From Azolla caroliniana (lineage: Eukaryota > Plantae > Polypodiophyta), in the NCBI GenBank assembly GCA_043228905.1, contig JBHGNT010000008.1, positions 12,276,001 to 12,340,000 on the forward strand: a stretch of 64,000 bases of DNA, in the 5' to 3' direction. The notes under the pieces are model-generated. The model was not told the origin of the DNA. It searched no databases and was given only the letters and a program-made list of their open reading frames with translations. Both the position numbers and the translations under genes were made by a program. The stretch's first letter is position 1. The number at the start of each line of letters is the position of its first letter. Positions 23,151 to 36,043 of this stretch are shown piece by piece.

Positions 23151-26100
23151 TCGCACTCCACCAAATTGGTATCGGAAAATGTATTACGCTAGCCGACAAC
23201 TCTCAGCCGCGGAGAAGAACTACTCAACAACTTAACGAGGCCCGCGGTATGGTCTACAACATCAACAAATTCCGGCATTACCTCTTGGGCTGGAAATTGA
23301 CATTCCATGTCGATCACTTGGCTCTCCTCTACTTGGTAAATAAACAGGCCCTCACAGGTCGCCTGGCTCGATGGATGCTCCTGCTACAAGAGTTTGATTT
23401 TTAGATCCAGCACCGGCTCGGAGTCCAACACGCCGTAGCTGACTAGCTAAGCCACCTCTAGGTAGGAGAACCAGCCGAGTCCACATACGATGATCTACCT
23501 GACGCCGCCCTTTTTAGTCTCGCAACAGTGCCAAACAAAAACAAAGATGAATGGATCACTAAGATGACCCATTTCCTTAGCACCGGCCTTCCTCCCAACC
23601 ACCTAACCCTCGATGCTCAGAAACGACTAGCTGTCCGAAGCCGAAACTTTTGTCTACCACAAAGGCTCGGACGGCATCTGTCGCCGTGCAATCTATCAAT
23701 TTGAGAAACACGCAATCCTCTAGGAGGCATATCACGGAATTGCAGGGGGTCATTATGCTGGAGAGTCCACGGTAAGAAAAATATGGCAGAGTGGCTTATG
23801 GTGGCCTACAATGAAAAAAGATGCTCATGAATTCTGTCGACAGTGCGATTTGTGTCAATGCATGGGACAACCGACCGAGTAAGCCCGGATGCCGCACCAA
23901 CCCATCCTCCCATTAGAACCATTTCAAAAGTGGGGGTTAGATTTTGTGGGACCTTTCAAACCAGCCGCGGCTCGCACCGGTAACAAGTATATAATCGTGG
24001 CCACGGACTATTGCACAAAATGGGTCGAGGCTAAGGCACTATGGGACAACACGGCTACATCCACAACAAAGTTCGTTTACAAACATCTATGGTGTCATTA
24101 TGGATGCCCAATCGAGCTCATTAGTGACCAAGGTGGGCATTTTATAAACCACATAATTCAAGAGCTCACTACACACTACGTGGTCGTACATAAGAAAAGT
24201 ACACCGTACTATCCTCAGGCAAACAGATTGGTGGAATCTACTAATAAAATTTCGCAAACAATCCTGAAAAAGATCGTCAATGAAAACCACACCGATTGGG
24301 ATGACAAGCTCCAGAGTGCATTATGGGCGTATCGCACCACATTTAAAACTAGCATTCAATCTACCCCCTTTCGGATGACATTTGGTTTGGAAGCAATCAT
24401 GTTGATCAAGTTCCAAGTTCCGAGTCTTCGAGTTTAGGTTAAGGAAAGGCTACTCGAGGCTCAATCAGAGCAATATCGGCTTGAACAACTCCTCGAACTC
24501 GGCGAACATCGAGTGGCCAGCATGCCTCAATTACAACAACGCCAACGACAATGCAAAGCCTTCGTAGATGGACACCGGAAAGGTACGGAGAAAGCACTTA
24601 CCATCGACAAACCGGTACTCGTCTTCCAAACATGACTCGGTGCCATGCCGGGGAAATTATGATTCCGATCGACAAGCCCCTTTTGGATAATCCACGAGTT
24701 TAACGACACATTCCAACTCTGCACACTTGTTAGAGACATCATCAGAAGCTGGGTAAATAGATTTCGACTTCGACCTTACCAAGGAAATACCCCAGATAAT
24801 CCCTTCACCGAGTCTCACGGCATGGACTAGTTCACGGACGACGCCACGAAGGAGGCCACATGCCCCCATCGGTAAAATAATGACCTACCCACCAAAATTG
24901 TATATTAGGTAGAATTAGTGACAGGGACACACGCTCCCTTTGCGCAATGCTCAGCCACAACCGAGCTTAGAATCAAACACAGAAAACGGGTAATGAATGC
25001 ACGACACAAAAGTGAGAGAAGAGTGCACAGGATGTTTAACGTGGAAAACCCTAAGAGGGAAAAACCACGGGAGTCCACCGACTCCAAACTATCACTATAT
25101 CACAATGATTACAACAGTGAGTTCACGGAGGCAACAATCTCGTGCTCACGATCTTCGCCACAGGCGGCGGTTACAACAGAGGCAACAACCTCTTCCTCTC
25201 TCTCTCTCTCTCTCTGTACACTGTTATGCGCTCTCTAGTCTTGCACCAACAAGAATGACAACAACACTCACTAAAGTTTGCCCTAAGTCATATTTATACT
25301 AATATGACTTTTCGGCTATTTACAAATATAGCCCCGATGAACTCTCAGAAACATATTTACGAATATGTCTCTTCATCCGGTGAGCACTCCTCACCGGGCC
25401 TGCATCATCCGGCGCTTGCCGGGCGCACGTCATCCGGTTCTCACCAGGTCTTCCGTTGCCAGGTACTCCACATACGGTTCTCACCGGGTCTTCACCATCC
25501 GGATCTTGCCAGGTACTCGTCATCCGGTTCTCATCGGGTCTTCCGTAGTCGGGTCTTCATCATCCGGCGCTTGCCGGGTACACCACATCCGGTTCTCACT
25601 GGGTCTTTCGTAGCCGGGTTTCGGCCTCGGCCGAGTTTGCTCATCAATACTGTTCTTCTCACTTCCCATCCGGAGGGACCTGTTTCCTAACAATCAGGAA
25701 TAGTTTTAGCATTTAAATTAGCCTCACCTAAACTATCTAACAAATCACCCCAAATCACGAAAATTTCTTAAGAGCACAAACTAGTCACTTTCACATTAAA
25801 GTAGAGTATTTAAGGAACATGCACACCTCACAAGACAAAGCACTCCTGTGATGCGTGGCCATAATACCTTATTATGGCAGCCACAACCAAGAATCTAAAG
25901 GATCTTCTCCCTGCACAAAACCCTAGGCGATTACATAAAATAAGCTACCCCACACACAACGCGCCCACTCACATAGAAGCTTTGTTGCATTCACAACCTT
26001 CAAGCTCCCAAGCTCTCTCTCATTCTCATCGCTCCCGCAAACAAGCCTTCTCTCGCTCTCATAGCCCCTTCATAGAACAACGATTTCCTCCCCAACAATC

Positions 26101-26547
26101 TTCTTCCATCTCTCTTTCTCACCCTCGTCTCATCACACAGAAGGCTTCCATCATCATCAGGGAGTAGGAAGGAGACAAAGTCTATTGGGGAATCATCACC
26201 AACGAAGGAGTTCGTGCAGCACTGGAACATTCTAGAAATGTCAAGAGTATTCCTAAAGCCACTATAAAAAGAGGCACATAGCATTATCAAGAACCAAATC
26301 GGTTCAACGCTAGTCTTAAGCCTCCTAGCTATTCTTGTATCTTTCTTCTTATAATATAATATAGTTCTTGTTGTCATCATTATCTCTCTCTCTCTCTCTC
26401 TCACGTAGTTCTCACACACTCTTTTCCTTCTTAGTACTAATCCTGATTCTTCTCCTCTACCTTTAGTACTAATTCTCCTTGCCTCTAGTACTATCCCTAA
26501 TAGTTTGAACCGATTTTCTCTTCAACTTCATATCCCTCCTTCCCTTT
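23151..26547 (+). mobile_element. Element B, 3' half: RNase H, integrase (to ~24880) and presumed 3' noncoding region; no 3' LTR seen
   Basis: YYASRQLSAAEKNYSTT, KFRHYLLG, FQKWGLDFVGPF, DYCTKWVEAKAL, PYYPQAN. Assignment of 25698-26547 to B is positional only. Confidence 0.8.
24919..25692 (-). mobile_element. Solo LTR G (Copia E/K family)
   Basis: TGACA..AACA ends, collinear with E LTRs, TSD ATTAG/ATCAG (1 mismatch). Confidence 0.88.
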
Positions 26548-28241
26548 TGAAAAAGAATACGTGTGCGGAAACGTATGCGTAAGAACACAGAATACACAGT
26601 TCGGTAGAACACAAAAACCACAGAGAAGGAGAGGGAGAGAGAGAGAGTAGAAAATACAAAACTATATTAAAAAATTCTCTATATGTTCTCTGTACATACT
26701 TCGTGCTCAATGAACACCTTTTATACAAGCCCGGACCATTGGGCTGACATAAGTACTTACAGTACTTGACCGCTCATAAATGAGCATCCTACACTTACTC
26801 CCAAAATTATTCCTTACAAGGAATAACACTCTAACGGCCTCTTGGTTTAAACACCATCACGACCATATTTTGCGTACGGTTTTATGCACCGAGTCTACGC
26901 ACTGGGTTACATACCCGTTTACGCACCCAATGTTGAGCTTGTCTCTCAACACTCCCCCTCAAGCTCAACTTGAGGTTCCATCTACATTTCCGGATCTTCG
27001 CTCCAGCCTCTCCTGGCTTCACGTCTCGCTCGCGCTCCTCGACCCGTTCGATTCCGCGCGCTTCGACCCTTCCAGTCGGTTTGTCTGCTCATGTGTCCCT
27101 CCTCAGATCCCTTGCTATTGCGGTGTTGGCGCCTCTTCCGTTGCCCTTTCCTCTTCTTGGCCCTCAGTTGATTCGTGATGTCCACATTTCCATTAAATCG
27201 GTAATTTCCGATTCAATTCCTCTTTCACTCGAATTGGTTGTCTCCAATTTGTCTTCTGTTTTCAGGCCCTTGACAACATCATACCACATCTTGGTCTTGG
27301 CCTTTATGCCCTTCTTCGCTGTATTTCCCTTTTGTTAGGCCGTATTCGGCTCTTCCTTTCGATTACGGCCCCTGTTTTCTCCTTCAGCCGGCCGGAAATG
27401 GAACTCTTCATCTAATTCAGCATCGTGGTTACTACCGCTCCTTTCACGCTCTTGTTCTTGTTCTTGTCTTCCCCTCAAGTTCGGAATGTCGCGGTGCGGC
27501 AAACCCAACTCAACTGGGAATTGTCATAACTTGTCGAGACCAAGGGGCTTGGTGAAGATGTCGACAACCTACCGACCCGTTGGAACATACGCCAGTTCGA
27601 CTTCACCAGAAAGGACATGCTCACGGACAAAATGGTAGTGCACCTCAATGTGCTTGGTTCAAGCGTGGAATACAATGTTTTTTGCAAGGTAGATGTTGTT
27701 GAGGAGATTGTCGTTGGATCAGACACCTCTACGTGCAGATCTTGTAATAGTCATTTCAGCCAAATGACTTTGAACGTAGTGCCATCGCCCCTTGATATTT
27801 GGCCTCCATGCTCGACAATGCTACTGTTGGCTGCTTCTTACTCCACACGACCGCCACACTTCCCAATGAGAATGCGTATCGTGGGCATTTCCGGCCCAAT
27901 CGTCATCCGTGTAGCCGACCAACTGCTCAGCTACGTCTACACGATACAACAACACCATGTCTTTTGTGCTGCTGACATATCGTAATATCCTTTGTGCGCA
28001 CTAAAGGTGTTCGATCGTGGGTTACGACATAAATTGACTGATCATTACGATCAGATAGTTGAGGTTCGACTGAGTGATCGTCTAGTAGATGAGGCTTCTG
28101 ACAACCTTTCCCAAATCTCAGCGAAGCTTTACGTTTCTATCCAGAGGCGTCGAGATGGGCTTACAATCAACCATCCCGAACTTGAAGAGCATATTCAACG
28201 CGTAATGGCGTTGACTGATCAATATGCCATCAGAGGAACGG
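26548..28241 (-). mobile_element. Element H: 3' fragment of a degenerate Ty1/Copia (RT end, RNase H, tail region, 3' LTR ~26548-26951)
   Basis: Minus strand encodes TKHIEVHYHFVREH..DIFTKPL; AGGGGGAG abuts TGTTGAGAGAC LTR start; homologous to I and J. Confidence 0.82.
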
Positions 28242-30156
28242 TGTCGTGTGGTTTTTTACACACGATATGAAAACTAGTAAAATAATTATTTACGATTAGC
28301 TTAATATATTCATATGGGAAGATAGATGTGTTCAAGAGCTTCATAATGTATTTTACTACGCACGAATTGGATAAATAAGTATCAAGTTATGTGAGTGAGA
28401 AGTTTGAAGAGAAAAAGGAAAAAATACAAAACTGTGAGATATCCCACATAGATAGGTCAACATTGAACGCAGGATATATAAGGGAAACCAAAACATATTC
28501 ATTGTATCAATGTGTAGAGCACAGAATGTTCAAGGTGACTTGGACCACACTGTGTGGTGTGCACGTTTTGGGTGGATCTACGTATGCACGATCGTGTTGA
28601 CGTTTCGAGCGTACGTGCATATGCATGGCTGTGTTGACGCTTCGGGCGTATCCGTGTATGCACGGCCGTTCTGACGCTTCGGGTGTACACGCGTATGCAC
28701 GGCCGCATGGACGTTTTCAGACGTATGCGTGTGTGCAAGTTTCGGGCGTACGCGTGCATGGCTGCGTGGACGTTTCAGACTGACGCGTGTATCTACGTAT
28801 GCACGGTCGTATTGACGTTTCGAGTGTACGTGCATATGCATGGCTGTGTTGACGCTTCGGGCGTATGCGTGTATGCACGGCCGTTTTGACGCTTCGGGTG
28901 TACACGCGTATGCACGGCCGCATGGATGTTTTTAGACATATGCGTGTGTGCAAGTTTCGGGCGTACGCGTGCATGGCTGCGTGGACGTTTCAGACTGACG
29001 CGTGTATGCGGACGATCGTGTGGATGCACGGTGCGGGTTGGACGCGCGCGTGTGTGGATGCATACATTGCGCGGTCGAGACTTTTGCGCGCGGATGCGTC
29101 TACGGTTTGGTTGCGATGCACGTACGGATCTCGCACGGGCTAAACTTTATACATGATTGTGTCATTTGGCCGAATTATACGGACAGTCGCATGCAACCAA
29201 AACATATTCATTGTATCAATGTGTAGAGCACAGAATGTTCAAAGTGACTTGGACCACACTGTGCGGTGTGCACGCTTTGGGTGTATCTACGTATGCACGG
29301 TCATGTTGACGCTTCGGGCGTATGTGTGTATGCACGACCGTTTTGACGCTTCGGATGTACACCCATTTGCACGGCCGCGTGGACGTTTTCAGACGTATGC
29401 GTGTGTGCAAGTTTCGGGCGTACACGTGCATGGCTGCGTGGACGTTTCAGACTGATGCGTGTATGCAGACGAGCGTGCGGATGCACGATGCAGGTTGGAC
29501 GCACGCACGTGTGGATGCGTACATTGCGCGGTCGGAACTTTTGCACGCGGACGCGTCTACGGTTTGGTTGCGACGCACGTACGGATTCCGCACGGGCTAA
29601 ACTTTATGGATGATTGTGTCATTTGGCTGAATTATACAGACAGCAACATGCAACCAAAAGCCAAGGCCATGCAACTAAAAGTAGAGGCCATGCAACTAAA
29701 AGTGGGCATGCAAAGTAACATTGGGGAGGAGGATCAACAGAGAGATCGATATATGTCCCATTTTTCCCCTCTAGTTTTTTTTTTTTCTTCCTTCTTCTTC
29801 CCTCTTGGATTCAAGAAACAAATTATCTCATATATTGATATCAAACTCCTAGCTTTGTTGCCTTGATCTTTCTTGTCAAAAATTATCTCTTGTATTCATA
29901 TCAGACCACTCCTTGCATGGTTGTTGGCTCCTTTCCTTGAAAAATTAATCTCTCATTTCCATACCCAACCCATTGTAACACGATTCTGAAATTATAAAGA
30001 ATCGATTTTCTTTTGCAATAAACTAAGGATTTGTCTCTCTCACTTGTCTTATGCTTAAAACTTGCTTGTGTTGTACGTGTTGCACTAAATCCTTCTAGTT
30101 CAGAACCCCGACGGTTCTGTCTGACGATCCGCACATAGTGATGGATTTTCACGACA
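28242..30156 (+). repeat. 5' LTR of F (1.9 kb, internally duplicated, alternating purine-pyrimidine repeats)
   Basis: TGTCGTG..CACGACA ends; the block starting AACCAAAACATATTCATTG recurs at ~28485 and ~29195. Confidence 0.9.
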
Positions 30157-30213
30157 TAATTAATTGGTGAACCTAACATGAAAGAGGCGGTAGGGAGGAT
30201 ATCAAATGCAACG

Positions 30214-32526
30214 ATGGCTTCCACAAGCGGAACTCAAGGAGATGAATTAACGAAAGGCATGGTGTCCGTAGTGGAATACATGTTGAAGGTGAGAGATCGA
30301 GAAACTTTAATTGACAAAGCTGTTGATCGTACGATCGAGATAGCTGGACGATTTGGTGGCAAGAACATCACGGATTTTCTTGCTACCTATCGGAACGAGA
30401 TGCAACAAAGGGATGTCAATGATCTCAAAAAAATTTCTAGCTTCAAACATGTGGTGGAACCAGGGATCCGCGAGCGCGTCATGGAGATCCAAAACGAGCA
30501 TGCAACTTGGGCGGAGTTTAAAAAGGCGCTGTCGTAGTGTATTCCACACACTACGTGAAAACAAGCCTTAAGTTGTATTCCTCTTCCTCCTAGTCCAAAA
30601 CCTCGGCGGTTCCCACCCGACTCACGCAACGATCCAGAGCCGAAAGGCACGACAACGCGTCTCGTTGAATACATGCTTGAAGACGCATCACGGATGACTC
30701 GACATACGCTAATGTCTTGGATCGAGAATAAAGGGAAGAATATGTGTGTGTCTGGAGTATATGCCGAATTTGACCAGAAGTATAACCGACTTCCGAGTGT
30801 TGATCAATGAGTTCTCGATGGAGATAAAGTCCTACTATTCCGGAAGGCAATGGATGCGAAAGATCGATGAGAATTGGGCAACTTTTTGGAGGACGAAACA
30901 CAACCAAATGGCTTGGTAGCAGACTGGGCAGCGGTGAAGAAGGCTTGTAGCCATCTTGATAAGCGTCAACAATGGCAAGAGGAAATTGATATGGAGAATC
31001 CACAATCGTGGAGGAGGAAGGCACCTGTGACGATCGAGTGTAACAAGCCGATCAACAATTTCGACAAGAAAGCGATGGAGGAATCTATAATTGAAGAGTT
31101 CTCCAAGAAGTTTGAAGTGGTATCGCTGGCCAACTTAGGTCGACATGGGCCGAAGGGAAAAGAAGCATATAGATGTGTGTGGTGCGATAGCTTCAAGCAC
31201 TCACGAAGGGAGTGCATTGACTTGCAAGACGCAATCCGCAAGAATGTCGTCTATTTGGACGGTAACATGATCCACTTGAGCGAGACGCAAAAGCCACTAC
31301 GAGTGAACTTCGGAAGAGGCAGGCTGAAAAAGATCATGGAAGAGGAAGATGCAAGGCATGTGGAAGCCATGCACTACGTTGCATCGGCGGGAATACGAGT
31401 TGGAAGAGAGAATCTAAAGACGATCAAGCCGGGAGTTGGGTTTTGGCCAAGGGTATTCGAATGTGAAAAGAAAGGAAAAATAGATTTGGAGGATCTCAAA
31501 CATGCTGATCAAAATGTGCGATGAGTAGTCGGATGGTCGGATCCAGTCGACGATAACACAAGCTTTGCGGAGGTTGTGCGTGACAACTATGAAGCTCTTG
31601 TTGAAGAGAAGAGGAGAAGAACTGGTGAAGAAGATGACACATCAAAGCGTCACAATACGAGGAATGCAGGGAAAGAAGGACAAGCCCAACCTACGCCACG
31701 AAAAGAGATAGGAGAAACAAGCATGAAGCCTGGTGGATCGAGCCAACCTTCTCGGATGGAAGTCGAAGAATCTGTGAAGAAAGGAAAGGAACGAGTGGCG
31801 CCGACTTACAAGCTAAGGTTGGACATAGAACAAACAACCAACTTGCGGAAGGTCCTTGAGGAGAAGGTTTTAGACAGTCATGTCGACATTACTTTGAGAG
31901 AGCTACTTGGGATCGCTAAGAAGGAGTTCCACGATACTATTGTGTACTTGATTAAGCGGAAGAGGCAACAATTGGATGAAGAAGAGGTGAAAACAAGTGC
32001 CATAACCATGGCAAGATCTGAAGAGGAGGAGGAAGAAGAAGTGATGGTGGACAACCATTACTCTCGGCCTCATTGGGCAAGAGCGACAACGGAGACGTTG
32101 GTGAAGATCGGAGAGAAGAAGGAGACCGTGGTAGCCTTGATTGACCATGGTTCGGAGATCAACCTCATGTCGACCGAATTCTACAAGAAAGGAAGATGGC
32201 CGATCAACACAAACCACGGATGGAAGATATGAGTGGCAACGAAGGCCACGGAAGACCTGTACGGAGCTTGCCCCAATGTTAAAGTCACGATCGGAGATGT
32301 GGAGATGGATCAACACTTCTTCGTGCAAGACTCGGCTTCACATCCCGTCATCCTAGGACAACCATATATCACATCGTCCCGGATGGAGACTAAGGTGTTT
32401 GATAATGAAGCGGCCTTCGAGCGAGTCAAGAGCCTTGACAATCAAAGATCTGTTCAATTCCTTACGGTGTGGGCTTATCACGAAAGGAACCGAGATAGCC
32501 TTGGAGGCGAATCCTCGGATTTTTAG
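30214..32526 (+). pseudogene. gag: gag-protease ORF of F
   Basis: GRFGGKNITDFL, CVWCDSFKHSRREC, ALIDHGSEINLM, ends GGESSDF*; contains stops and the 125-bp insertion. Confidence 0.88.
30530..30654 (+). mobile_element. 125-bp mini solo LTR / TRIM-like insertion in F gag
   Basis: TGTCGT...CACGACA ends, flanks GCGC/ACGC; removing it plus 4 bp restores gag frame KKA-RLVEYMLEDASRMTRH. Confidence 0.8.
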
Positions 32527-32580
32527 AGCGGACTATTGAAGCGTGGGGCACAAATAGTCCGAGAAATCATAAGTTCCCAC
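32517..32580 (+). promoter_or_regulatory. Putative -1 programmed ribosomal frameshift signal (slippery heptamer plus H-type pseudoknot)
   Basis: G GAT TTT TAG; 9-bp stem CGGACTATT (32529-37)/AATAGTCCG (32553-61); loop GTGGG pairs with CCCAC (32576-80); -1 frame open into pol. Confidence 0.75.
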
Positions 32581-35500
32581 AAGGAAGCAGAATAAGTGGA
32601 TCGCAAGGAGAAGAAACATGTGTGACACCTAGTGGCGCATGTAAACTAACACTACTCAACAAGAAGGACAAGCGTCGGATACAAGACTTCGAGAAGATGC
32701 TGAAAGAAGAAAGCATAATCGAAGAAGAAGAATTTGTGTCTCATATTCTAGAGGAAGCCTCATTTAATGACACCATCGGCGAAATCGAGGAAGTCGTGGA
32801 CTTGAGCTACCCTCACGATCAAAATGTGACTTCGGTTAACTCCATCAACATGTACGCTATCATCGATGAATATCATCGAGGCATCTTGATGGAGGAAGCT
32901 GAAGTCAACACAAAATATAAAACGGTGGATAAGAAGATCAAGCCAGTTGCGGTTCCGCTAATGGAAGATAGTTGGCAGAAGATGAAGGAAGTTGCTAATG
33001 ATCCGAGCTTAAGGGATCGAAAGGCAATAGGTCATGTCTTAACCAAAGAGACAAAAGGAAAGCTACAAGTTGGAAGGGAAGATTTCCTTCTCCCTGAAGA
33101 GGAGAGAATGTTCCGCGGAATGCTTGAGAGACATGGGAAAGACTTTGCCTTCTCTCCACAATAGATTGGATGTGCCGACCCGAAGATAATAGAGCCGATG
33201 GTGATTTTTATGGTGCCACATGTACATTGGAACCTCAAGCCGATACCGGTTCCAAGAGCTCACATTCCGAAGTTGATTGAGCTTCTAAAAGAAAAGCTTA
33301 GGAAGGGAATACTTGAGCCGTCCAATGCTCCCTACTCCAATAGATGGTTTACGGTGCCGAAGAAGAACAGGTCCTTACGCTTTATTCAAGATCTCCAACC
33401 CGTCAACAAGGTGACGATCTGAAATGCCGGAATTGGTCCAAGTGTGGATGAATTTGCCGAAGCCTTCGCGGGAAGATCGATCTATTCCATTGGTGATCTC
33501 TACTCAGGCTATGATCAATTTCAATTGGTTGTCGATAGTAGAGACATAACGACAATGAGGACGCCGATCGGGTTGGTAAGGATGTGCACCTTACCCGAAG
33601 GTGCAACAAATTTCGTAGCCCACATAGTGAATGCCATGAACAAAGTGTTGAGGGATTGTATCCCTGATATCACAATGCCCTTCTTAGATGATATTCCAAT
33701 CAAAGGATGCTTGGTGGAAGAAAAAGATGAATCGAAAGATGAAGATGGTTGCCGAATATTCGTCATCGATCATGTAAAGGATAGCGAGAAGGTGTTGCAA
33801 AAGCTTGAGGATGCAAATCTCACATTTTCGGGAGAGAAGTCTACATTCGGTCAACCAGAAATATTGGTAATAGGACACTTATGTGGGTCTTATGGCCGGA
33901 AGCCATCTTCATCCAAGGTGAACGCTATTCAAGAGATGAAAGAAGAATGTGTGTCTCAAACAGAGGTGCGAAGATTCTTGGGAGCATGTGCATTCTATCA
34001 CATATGGATTCCACATTATGCTCATGTCGTTGAACCATTGTATGGATTACTAAAGAAAAGGAAGAAGTTCGAATGGGAAGATGAGCATACCTATGCTGTT
34101 CAAAAGCTAAAGAAACTATTATTGGAAGCTCTAGCACTGCGAAAAGACGACTACACCGAAGGTACCCTGATATATGTGACAGTGGATACAAGCCCAACCG
34201 GAATTGGATGGGTGATAAACCAAGAAGACAAAGAAAAGAATCGGTATGCAATCCGATTCGGTGCAAAGGTGTTAACTGAAAGACAAATGAATTATGCCCA
34301 AGTAAAGAGAGAGCTATGGGGAATAGTATCCGCAGTTAAAACCGATCGTGACTACCTTATCGGAACAAAGGTCATAATTGAGACTGATTGTTTGCCTATT
34401 CTTGGAATGATATCCGGTTGTGCTACACCGGATATTGCTATGCTACGATGGATTGCCTATATTAAGTCCCTCAACCCCGAGATTCGACATATAAATGGGA
34501 AGCACAATGTGGTGGCTGATATGTTATCAAGGGCAAGGTATGAGGGTGAAGAAGATTTGTACTCCGACGAAGAATATGTTGGCCTAAACTTCTTTACGGT
34601 TTCTTGTGCTCGGGTGCTTGCCGTGTTTAAAGTAGAAGACTATGAGGGTGAATTCATCAAAATTGGCAAATACTTAAGCTCTTTTACAAAAGATGAATCA
34701 TGGTCAAAGGAAGACTTCTATCGAATTAGGAAGAAGGCCTACAAGTTCTTCCTCAAAGAAGGACATCTATGGAAGTTTTCGAAGAAGAAGAATGGAACTC
34801 CACTTCGAGTGGTGTGCAAGAAACAGGATCAACAAACACTAATTGATGAAATTCATGACAGTGTGTGGGCAGGTCATCGTGGTATATGGGCAACATTTGA
34901 AAAGCTCAAGGAGAAGTACTGGTGGCCGGGTGTTTACAAAGATGTAGCAAGCTATGTTGAAACATGTGAGCAATGCCAATTATACTCGAATATTCAACAT
35001 AGGGATGAACTTCATCCGACATATCCATTATCAATGCACTATAAGTGGTCGGTAGACATAGTGGTTATGCCAATGGGATTGAGGCAAATGAAATATCTCG
35101 TGCTAGCAAGAGAGGATCTCACCAACGAAGTAGAAGGACTAGCGCTAAGGAATAAAACAACTTCGGCGGTTTCTAAGTTTCTCCTTGAAGATGTTATTTG
35201 TTGATACGGATGTGTTGGCAAAATAGTAGCCGATAGGGGAGAATTAGATATGAATGAAGCTAAAGAGTTCTTTTCAAGAATAGGCGTCAAATTATCGCTC
35301 ACCATGGCATACAACCCGGAGGCAAATGGGAAGGTGGAACGAGGACATAGTCCAATTGTAAAAGCTCTAGCAAAGGCTTGTGACGACAAGATGGGAAATT
35401 GGCCACGATTACTACCTTATGCATTGTGGGCAGATAGAAGTACACATAGCATGACTACGGGATATATGCCCCCCAAACTCATATTAGGACAAAAACCAAC

Positions 35501-36000
35501 AATACCTATTGAGCAAAGTGTTTCTTTGTGGACATCTTTTCCATGGCAAGAGGAAATGAGTCGGGAAGACTTGCTAGCCACGAGGATACAACAATTAGAA
35601 CGAAGGCCCGAAGATGTCAAGTTGGCGATAGAACGGTTGCACCAAGCTCGATTGAAGAACAAGGAGAATTTTGATAGAAAGCATTGTCTTCGACAAAGAA
35701 AAGTTGAAGAAGGAGATTGGGTTCTTGTCTATGATAGTAGTCTTGAAAATCAATATAGCACTGCTCGAAAGTTCGCAAAATGATGGTTTGGCCCGTATAT
35801 GGTCAAGAAAATAGAAAGCAATGCAACCTATCCTTTAGAGGAGTTAGATGGAACTCGACTTGCTTTGCCAATAGCAGGGAAGAGGATCAAGATCTTTAAG
35901 AGAAGCGAGGTCCCAAATCTTGAGAACGAAGCTCTAGATGATGTATCCTCGAACATCGAGGTTGAAGAAGAGTACTTAAAAAAAAGAGGAACCTCACCAC
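32523..36000 (+). pseudogene. pol: pol (RT-RNase H-integrase) of F
   Basis: In-frame ORFs 32622-33164, 33198-33422, 33444-35204, 35250-35783 and 35799- with DLYSGYDQF, FLDDIP, TVDTSPTG, GHRG..C..C, YNPEANGKVE. Confidence 0.92.
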
Positions 36001-36043
36001 AATTGGCACATACCGGTGGATGTGCAGGTTTGGTGGGGGTGAA

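Noticed and set aside
25874-26419. Possible host gene or extra ORF downstream of B integrase
   Set aside because: Short, no recognisable motif and no similarity to the L/M accessory ORF; left as noncoding.
28499-29866. Many overlapping Cys/His/Arg-rich ORFs (also 36265-37067, 62534-63310)
   Set aside because: Artefacts of stop-poor alternating purine-pyrimidine repeats within F-family LTRs.
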